Under the pieces are notes generated by a model that was not told the origin of the DNA, searched no databases, and saw only the letters and a program-made list of their open reading frames with translations. A program made the position numbers and the translations under genes. From a virus (lineage: Duplodnaviria > Caudoviricetes), in the IMG/VR virus record IMGVR_UViG_3300037465_000174, positions 1-27,712 of that record: a DNA stretch of 27,712 nt; one strand, written 5' to 3'. Below are positions 25,100 to 27,712 of this stretch, one piece after another (position 1 is the stretch's first letter; every line of letters begins with the position of its first letter).

Positions 25100-25117
25100 A
25101 AAAAATCCGAACACACT

Positions 25118-25450
25118 ATGAGCAACCCGCTTCCTCCGATCCCACCTCATCCCCTTTTGCCACCGCCGGCCTCACGCCTGGCGGAAGCGGCGAAGCCCTT
25201 CAAGCCGGTATTTGAAGCCGATGACACGCTGGCTAAAGCGGAGGAGCTGAAGCAACGCGCGCTGCCACAGCTCGCCAACGTGGCGCGCCAGCTTGACAGT
25301 GTGCTGAAGCAGCTCGAACCCGTGCTGGACGCGGCGCGCGCCAACAAGGAGGTGGGGGCGCGCTTTGACAGTATCAGCCCCGTGAGCTTTGCGCGGGTGG
25401 AAGAAGCTGTTAAGAAACTCGCCGCGCTGCGGGATCACTTCGCCGCCTGA
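25118..25450 (+). CDS. Hypothetical protein
   Basis: AC-rich leader; in the operon. Confidence 0.6.
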   Translation: MSNPLPPIPPHPLLPPPASRLAEAAKPFKPVFEADDTLAKAEELKQRALPQLANVARQLDSVLKQLEPVLDAARANKEVGARFDSISPVSFARVEEAVKKLAALRDHFAA

Positions 25451-25465
25451 TTGGCACTGAATTAC

Positions 25466-25984
25466 ATGTCACCCATCTCATCCATCCTCGCCAGCATGGC
25501 CACCGCACTCGCCGCGTGGGCGGGCGCGTGCGAGCCGAAGGGGCGGGTGATCGTGTGCGCGAACGCGGTGCGCGCCCATGCCGCGCTGCAAAACGGGCCA
25601 AACGGTGTCTTACTGGCGCTGTGGTGGAATGGCGACGGGCCGCCCCAAGAGGTGGATGGCGATAAAGTGGCCGCGCGGATCGCGTGTGGTGTTGCCATCG
25701 CCAAAGGTCTCGGCGTAGACGAACACGGCGAACTGACCACAGGCCGCAACAGCAGTGAGGCGATCCTGCGAATCCTGGAGGGAGTAAACGCGACGATGCG
25801 AGGGCTGTACACAGCGGCGACGCCGCCCCATGCGAACGCGGCAGAGAGCTGCTGGCTGCTGAGGGCGCGCGGCAGCGAATGGCTCGAGTACGAAGCCGGC
25901 GCGGATCATTACGTTCATCAATTCAATTACGAGCTGACGCGGCACCTGCCCGCGCGCGCGGCACTGCGAGTGACGCTGATGTAA
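25466..25984 (+). CDS. Putative tail completion/terminator protein (gp37 position)
   Basis: Size, alpha/beta pattern and position before the tube gene. Confidence 0.5.
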   Translation: MSPISSILASMATALAAWAGACEPKGRVIVCANAVRAHAALQNGPNGVLLALWWNGDGPPQEVDGDKVAARIACGVAIAKGLGVDEHGELTTGRNSSEAILRILEGVNATMRGLYTAATPPHANAAESCWLLRARGSEWLEYEAGADHYVHQFNYELTRHLPARAALRVTLM

Positions 25985-26019
25985 AAAAGCCAAGATTATA
26001 AACCCAACACTGAAATCCC

Positions 26020-26415
26020 ATGGCAAACCAATGGCTGGCACCGGCGACACCCGGCATCTATGACGACATCGTGAACGGCACCTGTGAGCTGGATCAGGCT
26101 TACGGCACCGTGATCAGCGGCGAGCTTGATGATGGCGAGGACCTGGAGCGCGTGCGAGGCTGCAACGGTAATGTGAGCGCCGTGCTACTGCGTGATGATG
26201 AGCAGAGCTACACCTTCACCGCACTTTTCCCGAGCACAGTAACAAAGCCTGCTAAAGGAACAAACATCCCCTTTCCGTCCGTGGCCGGAAGCGGCATCCA
26301 GGGTCAGGTGGTGAATAGCAAGGTGAACTGGACACGCGAAGGCCAGCGGAGCATCACCATCAAGGCGATCCGCTGGGCTGCTCTGGGCAACGCTCCAACC
26401 GTGGTGTCCGCGTAA
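26020..26415 (+). CDS. Putative tail tube protein
   Basis: 131 aa, beta-rich, directly before the chaperones and tape measure; no sheath gene upstream. Confidence 0.6.
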   Translation: MANQWLAPATPGIYDDIVNGTCELDQAYGTVISGELDDGEDLERVRGCNGNVSAVLLRDDEQSYTFTALFPSTVTKPAKGTNIPFPSVAGSGIQGQVVNSKVNWTREGQRSITIKAIRWAALGNAPTVVSA

Positions 26416-26422
26416 ACAACTC

Positions 26423-26491
26423 CGCACGCGGGCGGACGTGATTGACGCGATCACGCTGGCGCTCATGTCAGGGTTCAACCGCCCGCGTGCG
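26423..26491 (+). ncRNA. Putative structured antisense RNA element
   Basis: 13-bp perfect outer stem (26423-26435 / 26479-26491) and inner hairpin 26437-26455. 26459-26478 is the exact reverse complement of 16171-16190, and 26459-26475 of 12899-12915. Confidence 0.6.
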
Positions 26492-26531
26492 ATTCTTTCA
26501 AAGATGAACCAAATGAGCAAAATGAACCGAT

Positions 26532-27062
26532 ATGAGCGACGAAATCCGAAATCCAAAATCCGAAGGTGATGACTCCGGCAAGCCTACTATCACCGAAAAG
26601 GAAGTGACGTGGTATGAGCACGTGGCTGCGCATGTGGCGCGGCACAAGGCGAACGAGCAAAGCACGAATGAGGCGGCACGGATCAGCGCGGCGCTGCGAC
26701 TGCCACTGAAGCCGCGCGTGAACGTGGCCGGTATGGAACTGGAGCCGCTGCATTACCGTATGAGCCTGCTTCTGGAGGAGTTGAGGTTCCCACTCGAGGT
26801 AGGCGGCAAGACCACGGAGGGCGATCTGGCGCTGGCGCTGCTGTGCTTCAGCGACCGCGAGCTGGTGGAGGCGCTGAGCCATGAACATGGCGCGGAGACC
26901 GCGCGGCGCGTGCTGTGCAGCGCGGCATGCGTGGCCGATGTGCAGAGCCGGATCACGACAGTGCAGATGCGCGCGTTTGTGGACTTCCTGAAGCAACAAT
27001 ACGGCCTACGCGAGGGCGAGGATGACACGCCGGGAAAGGCGGCGGCGGCAGTGACGGCGTGA
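26532..27062 (+). CDS. Tail assembly chaperone (G-like)
   Basis: Between tube and tape measure; ends ...TPGKAAAAVTA with the slippery site G GGA AAG. Confidence 0.7.
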   Translation: MSDEIRNPKSEGDDSGKPTITEKEVTWYEHVAAHVARHKANEQSTNEAARISAALRLPLKPRVNVAGMELEPLHYRMSLLLEELRFPLEVGGKTTEGDLALALLCFSDRELVEALSHEHGAETARRVLCSAACVADVQSRITTVQMRAFVDFLKQQYGLREGEDDTPGKAAAAVTA

Positions 27063-27340
27063 GGCCGGGCCTCGGCTGGCGCGCTGCCGCGATTGATCTG
27101 CTCATGAGTGTGTACCACATGCCCTTCCCCACGGCGGCCATGTTCCCTCTGGCGACGGCGCGCGTTCTGGCGATGCACCGCGCGAGTGTGCGCGGCGGCG
27201 ATGTGGGGCCGGAGCATCCGGTCATGCAGGCGATGATCGCCGCGCGGCGGAGAGTGCGAGCCTTCTACGAGAGGTATTACACGATTTTGAAATCCGATAT
27301 CCGAAATCCGAAATCCGAAGCGGAAGGAGGCGTGGCGTAG
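27032..27340 (+). CDS. Tail assembly chaperone T-like, -1 frameshift extension
   Basis: GGGAAAG at 27032-27038 is in the correct phase, and the -1 frame is open to TAG at 27338-27340. Confidence 0.7.
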   Translation, partial: GKGGGGSDGVRPGLGWRAAAIDLLMSVYHMPFPTAAMFPLATARVLAMHRASVRGGDVGPEHPVMQAMIAARRRVRAFYERYYTILKSDIRNPKSEAEGGVA

Positions 27341-27341
27341 C

Positions 27342-27712
27342 ATGGCGGACGGCAGCATCGAGTACGTGATCAACGCTGACGGGACGCCGGCGGTGCAGGG
27401 CACCAAACAGGCGGAAGCGGCGTTCAAAGAACTCCGCGCCGAGACGGATAGTGGCATGGGCGGACTGAAGGGTTTGGCCGCCGCTTTGGACGCGAATAAC
27501 GCGAAGCTGCGCGCGACCGCGGGAGTCAGCACGCAAGCGAGCGCGGAGCTGTCCACACTGACGACGCGCACGGAACATCAGACCACAGCCACACAAACGA
27601 TGATCAGCCGCCTGGATGCCCTGATGGGCGCGCATAAGGGCGCGAGCTCGAGCACAAACGATCTGGCCACGGAGGCAGCGGGGCAGGCCGCCGCACTGGA
27701 CGCGGCGAAGGA
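27342..27712 (+). CDS. Tape measure protein, N-terminus (partial)
   Basis: MADGSIEYVINADGTPAVQGTKQAEAAFKEL..., Ala-rich and helical, open to the window end. Confidence 0.75.
   Translation, partial: MADGSIEYVINADGTPAVQGTKQAEAAFKELRAETDSGMGGLKGLAAALDANNAKLRATAGVSTQASAELSTLTTRTEHQTTATQTMISRLDALMGAHKGASSSTNDLATEAAGQAAALDAAK

Larger units (their letters stand above)
116..27712. mobile_element. Mu-like transposable prophage (left part; runs off the window)
   Basis: Begins with 5'-TG directly after the host gene fragment. Contains MuA-like transposase, MuB-like ATPase, GemA-like, gp27/28/29-like, F, G, I, T and gp36-like genes. Confidence 0.93.

Noticed and set aside
14581-25105. Homopolymers G7 (14581) and A8 (25098) as phase-variation tracts
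   Set aside because: Short and located at gene ends; length changes would have little coding effect.
26423-26491. tRNA gene (GGTTCAA resembles a T-loop)
   Set aside because: GGTTCAA is not closed by a T-stem, there is no D or anticodon arm geometry or CCA, and the 13-bp closing stem is not tRNA-like.
26503-26537. Repeated ATGA(A/G)C units upstream of the chaperone gene
   Set aside because: Short degenerate ~9-mer repeat, most simply another A-rich leader; no independent evidence of function.

Overview
GC-rich window holding the left ~27.6 kb of a Mu-like transposable (pro)phage, probably with a non-contractile tail (no sheath gene before the tube). It is joined at nt 115/116 to a host DAHP-synthase (aroG-type) fragment. 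The host is inferred to be Verrucomicrobia/PVC-like from REP-type hairpins, heptamer tracts and SD-less leaders. A central repressor/Ner-like switch at about 9.5 kb separates two arms. The leftward arm carries gp25/26-like genes, holin, endolysin, small terminase, a signal-peptide fibre-like protein, a large terminase split into ATPase and nuclease genes, and a short portal that ends about 80 bp from the phage end. The rightward arm carries ParB-like, MuA, MuB, Gam/GemA-like genes, a MuF-metallopeptidase fusion with a Cys-rich partner, a phage sigma factor, gpG, protease/scaffold, two decoration-like paralogs, capsid, gp36, tube, frameshifted chaperones and the start of the tape measure. The most notable non-coding signals are: (i) a multi-stem RNA in the tail operon whose loop is an exact 20-nt and 17-nt antisense to the start codons of two early genes; (ii) a shared 26-bp late-promoter motif in front of both late operons; (iii) a family of covarying REP-like hairpins and heptamer tracts at gene junctions. 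All protein calls come from motif recognition and synteny; no database search was run.
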